Shown here: in pieces, positions 13,430-26,859 of the stretch
Numbering within the stretch: the stretch's first letter is position 1
How the letters are laid out: every line of letters begins with the position of its first letter
DNA from: Octopus vulgaris
Lineage: Eukaryota
Direction: 5' to 3'
Assembly (NCBI GenBank): GCA_951406725.2
Contig: OX597827.1
Location: 35,464,001-35,528,000 of the forward strand
Length of the DNA stretch: 64,000 nt
The notes under the pieces: model-generated
Told to the model about the DNA's origin: nothing
The model's database searches: none
The model's input: the letters and a program-made list of their open reading frames with translations, nothing else
Made by a program: the position numbers and the translations under genes

Positions 13430-14280
13430 GGGGCGGCGAACTGGCACAATCGCTTGCACGCCGGCATTTTGTCTGCATTTACGTTCTGAGTTCAAATGCC
13501 GCTGAGGCCGACTTCGCCTTTCATCCTTTCGGTGTCGATAAAATAACGAGCAGTCAAGTACTAGGGTCGATGTAATCGACTAGCACCCTCCCCCGAACTT
13601 GCTGGCCTTGTGCAAAAATTTGAAACCTTGCTAAGGCGGTGAGCTGGCAGAATCGTTACTGCGCCGGACAAAATGCTTAGCGGCACTTCTTCCGTCTCTG
13701 AGTTCAAATTCCGGCGAAGTCGACTTGCCGTTCATCCTTCCCAGGGTCGATAAAATAAGTACTTGTTGAGCAGTGGGTCGATTACATCGACTTACCCCCA
13801 CCCTCCATTGCTGGCCTTGTGCCAAAATTTGAAATCAGTTTTAAACCCTTCTTAAGGCGGTGAGGTGACAGAGTCATTAGTACGCCCGACAAAATGCTTG
13901 GCGGCATTTTATCCGTCTTTACGTTCTGAGTTCAAATTCTACCGAAGTCAACTTTGTCTTTCATTCTTTCAAGATAGGAGAAATAAATTTCAGATGAGCA
14001 CTGAAGCTAACCTAATAGAATCGGCTAGCCCCCCCTAACCTAATGTAATCGACTAGCCCCCTAACCTAATGTAATCGACAAGCTCCTTAACCTAAAGTAA
14101 TCGACTAAACCCCTAACCTAATGTAATCGACTATCCTCCCAACCTAATATAATCAACTAGCCCCCCAACCTAATGTAATCGACTAGCCCCCTAACCTAAT
14201 GTAATCGACTCTCCTCCCAACCTAATGTAATCAACTAGCCCCCTAACCTAAAATTCCAGACCTTGTGTCTATAGCAGAAA
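13430..14280 (+). mobile_element. Head-to-tail trimer of SINE family B
   Basis: Three successive GGCGG(C/T)GAGCTGGCAG...GAGTTCAAAT...TTCATCC units starting near 13431, 13635 and 13856. Confidence 0.82.
14007..14250. repeat. 26-27 bp minisatellite, about 9 units (CTAACCTAATGTAATCGACTAGCCCC)
   Basis: Tandem units directly visible, e.g. starting at 14035 and 14061. Confidence 0.9.
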
Positions 14281-14587
14281 GGAACATAACACCCTACTGG
14301 AACATCCTTAAACAAAGATCCACGAAATCAGAGATGACATGAGGCTAAGCAACATCCAACGCCTTCTGCTCCCACTAAATATCTTCTTCTTCTTCTTCTT
14401 CTTCTTCTTCTTCTTCTATTACAACTATCGCCTCCACCACCACCACTACAACTACCACTACCACTACCACAACCACCTCCACTACTACTACTACTACTTT
14501 TTATTTTCCCTACATTATCATCACCATCATTTTCTTCTTTTTTTTCTATTTCTTACTCCTCCTCCTCCTTCTCCACTACTCCACTTT

Positions 14588-14631
<44 letters not shown>

Positions 14632-15024
14632 TTTCTTTTCCACCTCAATGATTATCATCATCTCATCTTCTTTTTCTCTTCTCCCTCCTCTGCTGTCTGC
14701 CATCTGATGAACATTGATGTAAAATCAAGTTCCATGACTCTAACCTCCATTGACACTCTTTCGACGTTGTAATCAATTTGTATGTATTTTTATAAGGGTG
14801 CAAGCATGGCTGCCTGGTTAAGAAATTCACTTAGCAGCTATATGGTTGGGCGTTCAATCCTACCTCGCAGTACCTTAGGTAAATATTTTCAACCAGTCTC
14901 GAATCGAACAAACCTTTGTCAGTCAAAGGTAGATAGATCGATTGCTAGATAGATGGATCGACAGACAGACAGACAGGCAGGTAGGCAGGCAGGCAGGCAG
15001 ATAGATAGATAGATGGATAGATAG

Positions 15025-15126
<102 letters not shown>

Positions 15127-15128
15127 TC

Positions 15129-15257
<129 letters not shown>

Positions 15258-15878
15258 TGTGTGTGTTTGTCTCTTAATCAGCGTAGTTCTGTATACGTCT
15301 CTGTGACTGAATGATTCGGCTAAAAAAGATAGTTGGGTGCGGTTTGAGAGGGATTTAGTAATTACTTCCGTCAGATCGAGCGAGAACTTTCATACTCCAC
15401 CATTTCCTCGGCTTCTTTCGTAGTCTCCAGAAATCTGAGTGAGAAAGACAATGGCGGCAGAAGCATATTTTACGTAAGCTCAGTCTGTTTACGAGATAAA
15501 GTTGATATCGAGATTGTTTACCAAGATACAGAGATGGCTTAGTAAAAGAGGGTGGATGGTTTAGGGTTAGAGTTGGAAAATGATGCGAAGCATAAGTTCG
15601 TTATGACAGTGAATACTTTCCAGACTGGAACGGTCTCTACAGGTGTTTGTTTTGAGATATGGAGATGTCTGTAAGTGCATGCTACCAGGTGTATATACAA
15701 ATTTAGCTGCATGTCCGTGTGAATATATATATATATATACTCACATAGATATGCTGTTAAATGTATGTATGTGTGCATGTATGTATGTATGTATGTATAT
15801 ATATATATATATACATATATATGTGTGTATGTATGTATGCATATATATATATATATATATATACATATATATACACAT

Positions 15879-15937
<59 letters not shown>

Positions 15938-17094
15938 TAACAGGTTACTGCTTTGTTTATACTTTACTACTTGAAAATCTAAACTACACTGTGTACCCAG
16001 TTCTCTATCTTCTTACCTCTAATTGATACCAGTAATTGATAGCAATTTAGAGGCTCCCTGGCTTCTTTCTTTGCTCTGGCTTTCTCCCCGACCGACGTCA
16101 CATCCAACTTCACATCTCATGAGCAGTACTGACACCCACACCAACAACCGCTCACCACGCGCCACACACTTCACCAACCCCACCACTACGTCAGTAAGTA
16201 AAAGAGAAAGTAAAAACAAAGGCGAGCACGAAGTTTGTTAAAATTAACTGAGTAGATACGTCTAGAGGTAAATCGACACCAGTTACCCGAGAAGTGGAGT
16301 TGGGTAATAAGGGTGTAGGGAGATACTCGTTCCTTATATTCTAGATTTCTCAGTTATATCATAACAAATACGCTTTATTCATTGCTTGTAATAAACATAA
16401 TGTATATTGCATGTGTTTGCGCATGTGTATGTGTGCAATATGTAGAACAGTTCAGTAATATGTATGTACGTATATAGGTATGTATATATAGAGTCTTTAT
16501 GTATGTGTGTGCGTGCATGTGTGTGCGTGTGTATGTATGTATGTGTGTATGTATGTATTTACTCAAGGAAGGAGCAGACAATGACAGGAGGATAAAGAGA
16601 CAGACAGCAAGCATATATGTACAAATGTGCGTGTGTATGTATGTGCGTGCGTGCGTGCGTGCGTGTTTGCATGCCAATGTGTTTGTATATGTCTGTATCT
16701 GTGAATTTGTGATTCAAGATATATATATGCGAAAAAAAAAAGAAACTAGTCTTTGAGTATGAGTTAGTAGTATGCACCGTGTTTCCGTTAATTGTTTTGG
16801 GGTGCTTGTGTAATCGCGAGCAGATACTGAACCCGTCTCACTCCCTTTCCCCATTAGACCCAACGGAACATGCAAGGTATGACAGCTGAAAAGAAAGTAG
16901 GCTTTATAATCTTTCGGCTGCAATTCATTTTTGAGTGAGTATGAAATGAAGTACCTGGCTCATGGATACAACGCACCGCCTGCACCACGAATCGAACCCA
17001 TGGCACCAGGATTGTGAGCTCAATGCTATAATCATGTGAGTTTGAGTGTATGGGTATGTTTCTTTCTGTACATCGATGTGCCTTCTATCTCTTT

Positions 17095-17152
<58 letters not shown>

Positions 17153-17353
17153 CCACGCATACACACATGGATGGATGGATGGATAGATGCGCGTGTGTGT
17201 TTGAGTTTCTCATAGAGTTACAAATACTTCCTTGCTACTCTCGCCGTCATAAATACGGTGTATACATATATGTGAGTGTATAAGATAAAAGATATACATG
17301 TGTGTGTGTGTGTATAAATGGACTTAAACGCAGGTGTTATTCAAATTCTTTTA

Positions 17354-17441
17354 CTTCCGACATATGTTTCGAAGGCAACATTGGTATTATTCCTAAGGAA
17401 TAAAATGGTGTAAAACAATGTAACCTTCTCATCAGCGAAAG
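17354..17441 (-). ncRNA. Type I hammerhead ribozyme-like motif with intact core
   Basis: Minus strand: CTTTCG CTGATGA GAAGG...CCTTC GAAA CATATG TC GGAAG. Stem II GAAGG/CCTTC plus extension, palindromic stem III, GUC cleavage triplet. Confidence 0.7.
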
Positions 17442-17769
17442 AAAGAAAGAAACCAAACCCATCAATAAGACATTTTAACAGAATGTGATGAATGTGTATA
17501 ATGATGAACGGAACGCTATTAAGTTTTTTTTTAAAGACCGTTAGAAGATATAACGTCAAAGGTAGCCTATTGAAAGAGAAGGGGTAAAGGAAAGAAATAA
17601 GCAGAAAACTAATAAAGGAGAAATACAGAGCAATATGTGAATTAAAATAAAAGCTTAAAGGCTTGGAAATAGAAATATCTAGTGGAAGTGAAAGGTAAGA
17701 AGAAAATCAATGTTCAAATTATATATAATGTTAGATATCACTTACATGAACTAAAGATATGTTTCTGCC

Positions 17770-18135
17770 AATGTTTACATCGATAAGCACGCTCTATAAA
17801 AGTGTTTACAAAGGGATTCTTAAAAAATAGAATAGAAAATAGTTCATTATTACAGAATTAGCAGCATTCTTTGCCTTTATCGTATGGGGATGAAATGTGG
17901 AGAATCAACCAATCTAAATTAAATAGTTTATTATGGTCTTTTAGATACCAAATTAATTTACTAAGCACTATACTGTTGCGTTTATTACTGTCCCTAAATG
18001 TAGAGTAATAATTAGAAATTCTTTTAGATAACCGAGAAGAACTACCTATATAAAAAAAAAGACATCAGTACCTGATTGGTACATAGAGTTTTTAGTTTTA
18101 GAATTACTAGACATAAACTTAATTCTGTTGGAATT
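17770..18135 (-). mobile_element. Penelope-like element, C-terminal GIY-YIG region (decayed)
   Basis: Minus-strand peptide KRNSIVLSKLIWYLKDHNKLFNLDWLILHISSPYDKGKECC*FCNNELFSI resembles the Penelope STELSKYIW...CxLC motif. Confidence 0.7.
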
Positions 18136-18149
18136 GACTTCAGAGAAAT

Positions 18150-18480
18150 GCTTTGTTAACAAACAGAAATGTAGTCTATAGTACAAGATGTACAGAGGGA
18201 CGATGCAGTAACAAGACAACAACGCACGTAGGGGAAACGGCACGGAGCATAGGAGAGCGGGTAAATGACATTGGAGGAGACTTAAGGAAGAGAAGAGCTC
18301 ATCGTGTACCAGCAAGCCGAGCAGGAACACGGGGGGGGGGTCACTCAACAACATAGAAGTTAAAATCTTGTCCACACATAGAACAGACGCAACACTTAGA
18401 CAAATTACAAAAGCTACACACATACTAGATAAGATAAACTTAGCCTGAATAGGAAACTGGAATGGAACACTAGCACACAA
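18150..18480 (+). mobile_element. Second Penelope-like GIY-YIG endonuclease fragment
   Basis: NVVYSTRCTEGRCSNKTTTHVGETARSIGERVND matches VVY..CxxC..YVGET.R.L..R; followed by LRQITKATHI in another frame. Confidence 0.72.
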
Positions 18481-18829
18481 CCCCAACACACCACAACATA
18501 TGACAAAATAAGATCCCCATAAACTGGTAACAATATAAACAAAACATAATAAAAAACACAGATAAACCAATGGAATTAAATAACTATATACACTAACAAA
18601 ATTTTAAATTGAAAAAAAAATTAATTAAATTAAATACAAAAAAATAATAAGTAGGTATAAACAGATGAACAAAATAAATAAAAACAAATTACACGAACGT
18701 GTATAAACAGGAGATACAGATAATACAGGTATACGCATGCGCAAATAAACACGCATACAATAGGAATACAAAATACAAAATGGCTGATCGTTTGTAAGGA
18801 GAGACACAAATAAGAAAGAAGAAAGCAAG

Positions 18830-18874
18830 GGACCACTGATGAGGTCACAGAAGTGTGACGAAAGAACTCTGGCC
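18830..18874 (+). ncRNA. Minimal hammerhead-like motif
   Basis: GACCA CTGATGA G GTCACA GAAG TGTGAC GAAA GAAC TC TGGCC; lies downstream of the + strand GIY-YIG fragment. Confidence 0.6.
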
Positions 18875-19254
18875 GAAATAAAATTAAGATTAATGTAAAA
18901 AATAAATAAAGCTGAAGCAAATTAACACCAAATATATAGTGCACGTGTTTTTATTGGCTAAACTGGCAACATGACCATCCCTAAATACAACAATATATAT
19001 AATAATTTGAGGGAATATTATTCCTAACTTATAGAGAAAAATTCAATTTAGAAATACTAAATCAAATTTCACAGAATATAATATATATATAAAAATTAGA
19101 AAAAAAACACCTTTTTATCAATTGCAAATGAACAATAAAATTACCCTGTCTAGAAAATTACATATAATAGAAATATAAAAAATAAAATCACAATAATATA
19201 CCGATGATTAAATAAATTGCAAAATAATAATAAAAACGTATATATTTGGTAGAA

Positions 19255-19337
19255 TAACGATGCGTGTTTCGTGGCTATATTTAAGAAATGATTATAGTAA
19301 AATCACTTCGATATAAATATAGCCACTCATCAGGTTA
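19255..19337 (-). ncRNA. Hammerhead-like motif with long stem II
   Basis: Minus strand: TAAC CTGATGA GTGGCTATATTTA...TAAATATAGCCAC GAAA CACGC ATC GTTA. Perfect 13-bp stem II and 4-bp stem I. Confidence 0.7.
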
Positions 19338-19413
19338 AAAATAAACTACAATAATAAAATAATTCATTAATAAATATACGTAAATAATCTTTTAAAAAAT
19401 AAATATATTCTTT

Positions 19414-19485
<72 letters not shown>

Positions 19486-20399
19486 ATTAAACATACATTA
19501 AGTGCAAACTAAAAACAATACTTAAATTATACAATACTTTAAAATTAATTAATATACACAATGCTAGTACAAGCCATTAATATTGTAATCAAAATAAGAA
19601 ATGGTTCAAATATAGACAAACTCATTAAATAAGCTAACTATATAATTAATATATATTTGTAGTTTCTATAGATTTAATATACCACTCAATAATATTGTTG
19701 ACTAAATATCAATTAATATAAAACCTAATTTACTAAATTTAATACTACTTAATAAATATACCACCTAATTATTAAATAATATATCATCTAACAAATTAAT
19801 TCTCAAATTAAATGTAATACGTTAGATCCCTTTATAAAAATAATAATAAATCATACTAAATAAATGGATATAATTAATAACTATTATAACTTATAACTAT
19901 CAATATATATAAAAATGGCGAAAAATGGTGAAAATCATTAACTAATGGAAAGTAAGAAACATTTAAGCCCCATAAATTAAAGAAAGGTGGAAAAAATATT
20001 AGAACAAAGGAACAATACATTATGAAGACGTTCAACTACAACCGAAAGTCCACTACAAAACCAGTCTATAACAATAATTATAATAACAACAACGATCAAG
20101 CTCAAAATAATACAAGGTTCAAATAATATTGATAAACAAACTATGCTACGAAGTACAACGATTAAATTAATCTATCTGGATTTTAAATGTATAAAAATAT
20201 GTTTTAGCGTCTTATTAATATACCCAATGCTATTACTAGTCATGAATAATACAATCAAAAATAGGAAATGGCTCATATATACACAAATTCATTATATAAA
20301 ACTAACTACTTTATTAATATATATGTGTAATATCTATAGATGTGATATTTCACGGGATAATAAAGTTGAACATAATATCAATTAAAATAAAAATAATAT

Positions 20400-20509
<110 letters not shown>

Positions 20510-20789
20510 CAGCACGTTTATAGAGTGTGCTTATCGAAGTAAACATTGGCAGAAAAATACCTTCAGTTCATATAAGTAATATCTGCCATTATATATAATT
20601 TAAACATTGATTTTCTTCTTACATTTCACTTCCACTAGATATATCTATTTCCAAGCCTTTAAGCTTTTACTTTAAGTTTATCCAGTTTCACATTTTTAGT
20701 TTCTATTCTTCCATCAACCCAATAGTATTTAATAAGTCACTCTCACTAGCTCACAACAAAGCTGGTCTCACCAGGGAAGAGATTAATAT

Positions 20790-20910
20790 CGTGTTGGCCG
20801 ATATTACACTTAACTTACACAATAATTCGTACTTCCCATACCACAAACCATTAACCAATCTTAAGTATATTAACCAATTCAGTTATCATTCTAGGGCAAT
20901 TACTATGAAA
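20790..20910 (+). mobile_element. Penelope-like RT fragment
   Basis: DITLNLHNNSYFPYHKPLTNLKYINQFSYHSRAIT matches the Penelope FLD(V)T.NL....Y.PY.KP....YIN..S.H motif. Confidence 0.65.
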
Positions 20911-20929
20911 TTAGTTTTCTGCTTATTTC

Positions 20930-21120
20930 TTTCTAGGATGATAATGCACCAATTCACACAGCTAATGTTGTTACTGTATGGCACGAGGAACATTCTAGTG
21001 AAGTTGAACATCTTATCTGGCCACCACAGTTCCCAGATCTCAATATTATTGAACATTTATGGGGCATTGTAGAAAAACAACTAAGGAGTCGATATCCTCT
21101 ACCATCATCACTATAAGAAC
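20930..21120 (+). mobile_element. Tc1 transposase C-terminal fragment (same family as 28860-30133)
   Basis: DDNAPIHTANVVTVWHEEHSSEVEHLIWPPQFPDLNIIEHLWGIVEKQLRSRYP. Confidence 0.88.
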
Positions 21121-21295
21121 GACGGGCTTCTTCCAGTTTCCGTCTACCAAATCCCAAATCCACTCACAAGGCTTTGGTTCAACTGTGGCTATAGTAGAAG
21201 ACACTTGCCCAAGATGTCACGGAGTGGGACTGAACCTAAATCCTTATGGTTGGGAAGCAAGCTTCTTACCACACGGCCACACCTGCGCCTATATA

Positions 21296-21431
<136 letters not shown>

Positions 21432-21447
21432 CATTTATCTATCTATC

Positions 21448-21494
<47 letters not shown>

Positions 21495-21501
<7 letters not shown>

Positions 21502-22101
21502 GAAGTTGAAAATATTTTAATTATATTTAAAAATTTACCCTTGTTTTCAAAAGTTGAGATTGTAAGACGCGGGTTATGCGCAACTATTTTGCTTCTGACT
21601 AGTGTTTGAAGCTTGTGCTATATTTATAGTGAGTTCATGGCTCAAGTCCTATCCAAAGCATATACATATAACACAGACACATAGCGGGAAACGTGCAAAG
21701 GGTTCTAAACTTAATCACGTGATCATTCTCTACAACACTTGACAGAAAACTTTCAGATCATTGATTGTTTGGTACTGTCGCGAGATATGTTCATTCAACC
21801 GGTCCGGCCTTAACTTACAATGCCAAATATTATCACTTGACACCAACACATTAACGTAGCGGGAAACATACAAAAAATTTTAAGACCAGTCATGTGATTA
21901 TCCTCTATCAAACAAGTCCTATCCAAAACATATACAAATTTGAGGACAAGCTTCAAACACTAGTCAGAACTTGCGGCATAACCCACGTCTTTTTATCTCA
22001 ACTTTTGAAAATCAGTAAAAAAAACTGTGAAACCAGTTAATCTTTAAATATGTAAAAAAATATTAACTATTCTCAGTGCATTTTCAACTTATATTTATTC
22101 T
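21495..22101. mobile_element. Foldback/MITE-like element with long imperfect TIRs
   Basis: TTTTCAAAAGTTGAGAT...TTCTGACTAGTGTTTGAAGCTTGT is mirrored by ACAAGCTTCAAACACTAGTCAGAA...ATCTCAACTTTTGAAAA; inserted beside (TA)n. Confidence 0.7.
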
Positions 22102-22126
22102 ATATTTCTACCCGTGTGGAATAAAA

Positions 22127-22176
<50 letters not shown>

Positions 22177-22433
22177 CGATGCACTTCTTTCGGTTTCCGT
22201 CTGCCAAATACACTCACAAAACTTTGGTCAACCCGAGGCTTTAGTGGAAGACGCTCGCCCAAAGTGACACGCAGTGGGGCTGAACCCGGAACTAGGTGGT
22301 TGGCAAGGAAGCTTCTTACCATACCACCATGTACATATGTATGCATGCATATGTCTATGTGTGTATAGATATGTGTATTTGTATGTATGTATGTATGTAT
22401 GTATGTATGTATGTATGTATGTATGTATGTATG

Positions 22434-22467
<34 letters not shown>

Positions 22468-22964
22468 TGTATGTATGTATGTATGTATGTATGTATGAAT
22501 GTATGTATGTGTGTATGTATGTATGTACATATGTGTGTGTTTGTATGTATGTGTGCGCGCATGTGTCTGCTAATGGTTAACTACGTATACCGAATTTTAT
22601 TTGTCGTTTAGTTCCTGTGGATTGAATATTTATAAGGGATTAATGGTGGATAAAACGAGCGGAAAGATGACCAGAAATTTTTATATACAAAGTGTCAAGC
22701 CAAACAGCTACAATTAACAGTTTTTAACGCTGGTGCCTCCTCATCTATTTTGAAATTAATACTGTACTATCTTTGCATACCAGGTTGTTAAATGCATTCT
22801 AACTAATGCATGTATTTATTTATTTTAAATGGCAATTGGTAAATGACCATAGTGTCTATGGTTACGGGTTTCCAAAGAACTGCTTATCACTGTTTCATCT
22901 GGTTTATGACGGAGAGAAGTGCAAAGGAGAGTTTGTAACATGCATACATACATACATACAAACA

Positions 22965-23373
22965 GTATGATGGAAGTGATAGCCAGTCATAATAAAGAGT
23001 ACTGACGGAATGTCCCAGTGACATTCCATCAATGTAAACATAATAGACTTGACATAATGATTTGGGATAGAGAAGAGAAACTGTATACAGTTGTGGAAAT
23101 CAGCTGTTAAGATAAGGATAAAGATCAGGGAAAAAGAGAATACCTACACTGAGCTATTCAGAAATCTCCAGTTACTTCTACCCAGATTACAAGTTCAGGT
23201 TTATGCCTGTAATTATTGGGGCCGTGTGATATGTAACACTGCCTAAATACTAATCTTGAGAAATTAGGTTTCTCAAAACCAGAAAGGAAAAATCTAATTC
23301 GAAGATTACAGATCCAATCCATCACTGGAACTGTAAAAAAATCTGTAAAACTTTCCAGAAGTTTATCATTTAA
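22965..23373 (+). mobile_element. 3' end of RLE-type non-LTR retrotransposon (R4/Dong-like)
   Basis: CKHNRLDIMIWDREEKLYTVVEISC...YPDYKFRFMPVIIGA...LQIQSITGTVK is a PD-(D/E)xK restriction-like endonuclease motif; followed by (CATA)n. Confidence 0.8.
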
Positions 23374-25084
23374 GTATATATGAGCATACCCAGATATGCA
23401 AGTATATGCATGAGAATACATACATAAAAGAAAACATACATACATACATACATACATACATACATACATACATACATACATACATACATGCATGCATGCA
23501 TGCATGCATACATACATACATACATACATACATACATACATACATACATACATACATACATACATGCATGCATACATACATACATACATACATACATACA
23601 TACATACATACATACATACATACAATGTCGGTCCTTGTGCATAGAGTAGAAAAGAATCGTTAGCAGGCCGGGTAAAATGATTGACAGCATTTCGTCCGTC
23701 TTTCGCCGAGGTTCATTTGCCTTTCATCTTCTTGGGGTATATAAGTACCAGTTGTGCACCAGGGTCGATGTAATCGACTTACCCCACCCCAAACTTGCTA
23801 GCCTTGAGCCAAAATTTGAAACCATTATTTACACCGCTACATGCGGTGATGTCACAGAATCGTTGACATGTCTGAAAAAGTCTTGCTGCATCTATTCCAG
23901 ATCTTTACATTTTGAATTCAAAACATCGAGGTCAACTTAACTTTGCTTCTCATCCTTTCGAGATCGAGAAAATAAAATAGCAGTCAAGTACTGGAGGAAA
24001 TGATATCGACTTACACCTTTCTCACAAAATTGCAGCCTTTCGCTAAAACAGAAACGGTTAATGCTTCTCCGCGGAAATTTTCATACCTCACGTTCTTTAT
24101 ATTTTCTTTACACTTTACATTATGAACTAATTTCATTTGCAGACTGATGTTGGTAAGCTATTCAACCCTGGAGTTTATTTAACGCTAAATTATTTAAAAG
24201 TGGTGTTGTACATTGTGCGTTTCCCTACGTCCTTGGAGGAAATAACTAACACTGTTTAACGGTTAATGTTTTGTGTTTAATTCATTTATAGAGATTATGT
24301 GTAAGAAGAGAGGGGAAGACTGGGAGTTACATTTTTAAAAAAATTTATGAGATGAAAATTGTTTCACAAAGGTGAAAATTTATTGGTAATTTGAGCTAAT
24401 CACCTTCGTGAAGTGCTGTTGTTTTTAGTGGCGGTGGTGGTGGCGGCGGCAGCGGCGGCAGCGGCGGCGGTGGCGGCGGCGGCGGCAGTGGTGGTGGTGG
24501 AGGTGGTGGTGGTAGTGGCGGTGATGGTGGCGGCGGCGGCGATGGTGGTGGTGGTGGTGGTGGTGGTGGTGGTGGTGGTGAACCGTAAGTCATATTTTAG
24601 TGAGCAGACATTTTATAAAAACCATTCGGTCTGTTCTTGCTTTCTATACCGTGAATCCTTAACTACATACAGAATGTCTTTTCTCTTATATGACTTTAGT
24701 GATACACTATCTCTCTCTCTCTCTCTTGCACGTATGCGTGTGCGTGTGTATGCATATGCAAACGTGCAATTTGTGTATGTGTATGACTGTTATTTTTAGC
24801 AAGTAAGGACCACTTGTTTGAGACTCTCTCATTTGCTCTTTTATTCTTTTTACTTGCTTCAGTCATTTGACAGCAGCCATGCTGGAGCACCACCTTGAAG
24901 GGTTTTAGTCGAGTAAATCGACCCCACAACTTATTTCTTAAGCCTGGTACTTATTCTATCGATCTCTTATGCCGAACCGCTATGTTACGGGGACGTAAAC
25001 ACACCACCACCGGTTATCAAACTGTGATGGGGAACAAACACAGACACAAAGACACACACACACATACATACATACATACATACA

Positions 25085-25201
<117 letters not shown>

Positions 25202-25229
25202 CCCCTTCGGTAATAAATTACTATTAGAT

Positions 25230-25520
25230 TGGACCTAGAAAGGTACCCGCCGCGACACAAGTCTGGGCAAGTTTTTTTTTTATGGAAGACCACCAGTTGC
25301 CCATGCATACCAGCCTCCCCTCTCCATGCCACTAATGTTATCTAAAGGAAAGGCAAAAATTGGCACCAGTGACGTCGCATATTAATTTCTACAGTTGAGT
25401 GAACTGGGGCAATGTGAAATGAAGAGTTTTGCTCAAGACCACAACACATAGCCGGATCTGGGAATCGAATTCACTACCTTATGATCGTGAGCACGACGTT
25501 CTAACAACTGATCCTTCACA
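25230..25520 (-). mobile_element. SINE family C (tRNA head, V/Meta-like TCTTGAGCAA domain, LINE-like tail)
   Basis: Reverse complement matches the + copy at 26860-27050; shorter heads near 6470, 8430, 16940 and 49350. Confidence 0.75.
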
Positions 25521-26859
25521 CACATACACACACTCACACACACATACGCACACACACGTGTGTCCCTTTCTGTAGAAGAGCGTAGGCTCGAAACATAAAA
25601 GACTTTTTCTATTCCTGAGCGCTATACTAATGCATCTGTTTGTTTTGTACACCACCTGTCTTCGTCTTTTGTCTTTTTCGTAGACTCTCCCTATGTATGC
25701 GTATATATATATATATATATACGACGGGCTTCTTTCAGTTTTCGTCTACCAAATCCATTCACAAGGCTTTCTTTGGCTCTGGGCTATATTAGAAGACACT
25801 TGCCGAAAGTGCCATGCAGTGGGACTGAACCGGAACCATGAAGTTGGGAAGCAAGCTTCTTACTGCATTCGGCTGTGTGGAATGCTTTAATTTAAGGTTC
25901 AATGTAAACTTGTATCCAAGTTTGACAGATTGGTTTTCTAATAGGATACTGATAATCCTTTTTCTATTTTTGTAATATTGGTTTCAAATTTTGGCACAAG
26001 GCCAGCAATTTCGAGGATGATGCTTAGCCGATTACATAGACTCCGGCGTTCAACTGGAAATTGTTATAGCGACTCCGAACGATGAAAGGTAAAATCGACC
26101 TCAACGGAATTTGAACTCGGAACGTAAAGACGGGCGAAATGCCGCTAATTTAGTAATATCATCGATTTGATAATATGCTCTATTTAAAGGGACAATTGTA
26201 AAAATCATGAGCAATTCCAAAGTAAAGTTAGCTTGTGTGAAACTTGCTGATATTCTGAGGGAATGACCAACTCTCTACACTCACTGAGGAAGCTTCTATG
26301 TGGCCGCTCAACATGTTAAATATGACAGCCATATTTTCCTCAAATCCTTTCCTCGAATTACAACGTACTGTCTTAAAAGTGGTAAAACACAGTAGATAAT
26401 GTATTCTGTGGTAGACTATTCCTGAAAAATATATAAACAATAAGAGAGCAGTGATTGGGAAGCTTTTGGTTATAGTTCTACTGGACAATCAAGCAATTAC
26501 GATAAATTCTAATAATGATATGATTAATTGCAATTTATGAGAAACTAGTTTTGGTCATTGAAAACTAAAACTCTAAATCGTTGAACATTAATATTTCTTG
26601 TCACGAGGTGGAAAAAAAATTACAAAGAGTGAAGAAATTGAATGTCGTGGCGTTTATTTCTTTAGACGAATTATTGACTTAAATGAACTAAACTGGCTTT
26701 GACCGAGTATCGAAGCCTGCTCACAGAATCAAATCTCCATGAAGTTTGAGTTTTATAACATAAAATTGCCGAACCAACGAGAAAACTTTTACGTAGCCGC
26801 TCGACCTGGCAGAACTAGCAAAAACTTCTCCCCGCAGATTGTATCATACATTCTTTCAA

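Noticed and set aside
14007-14250. CRISPR-like or telomeric array
   Set aside because: Contiguous tandem units without unique spacers, eukaryotic context, and no pure (TTAGGG)n.
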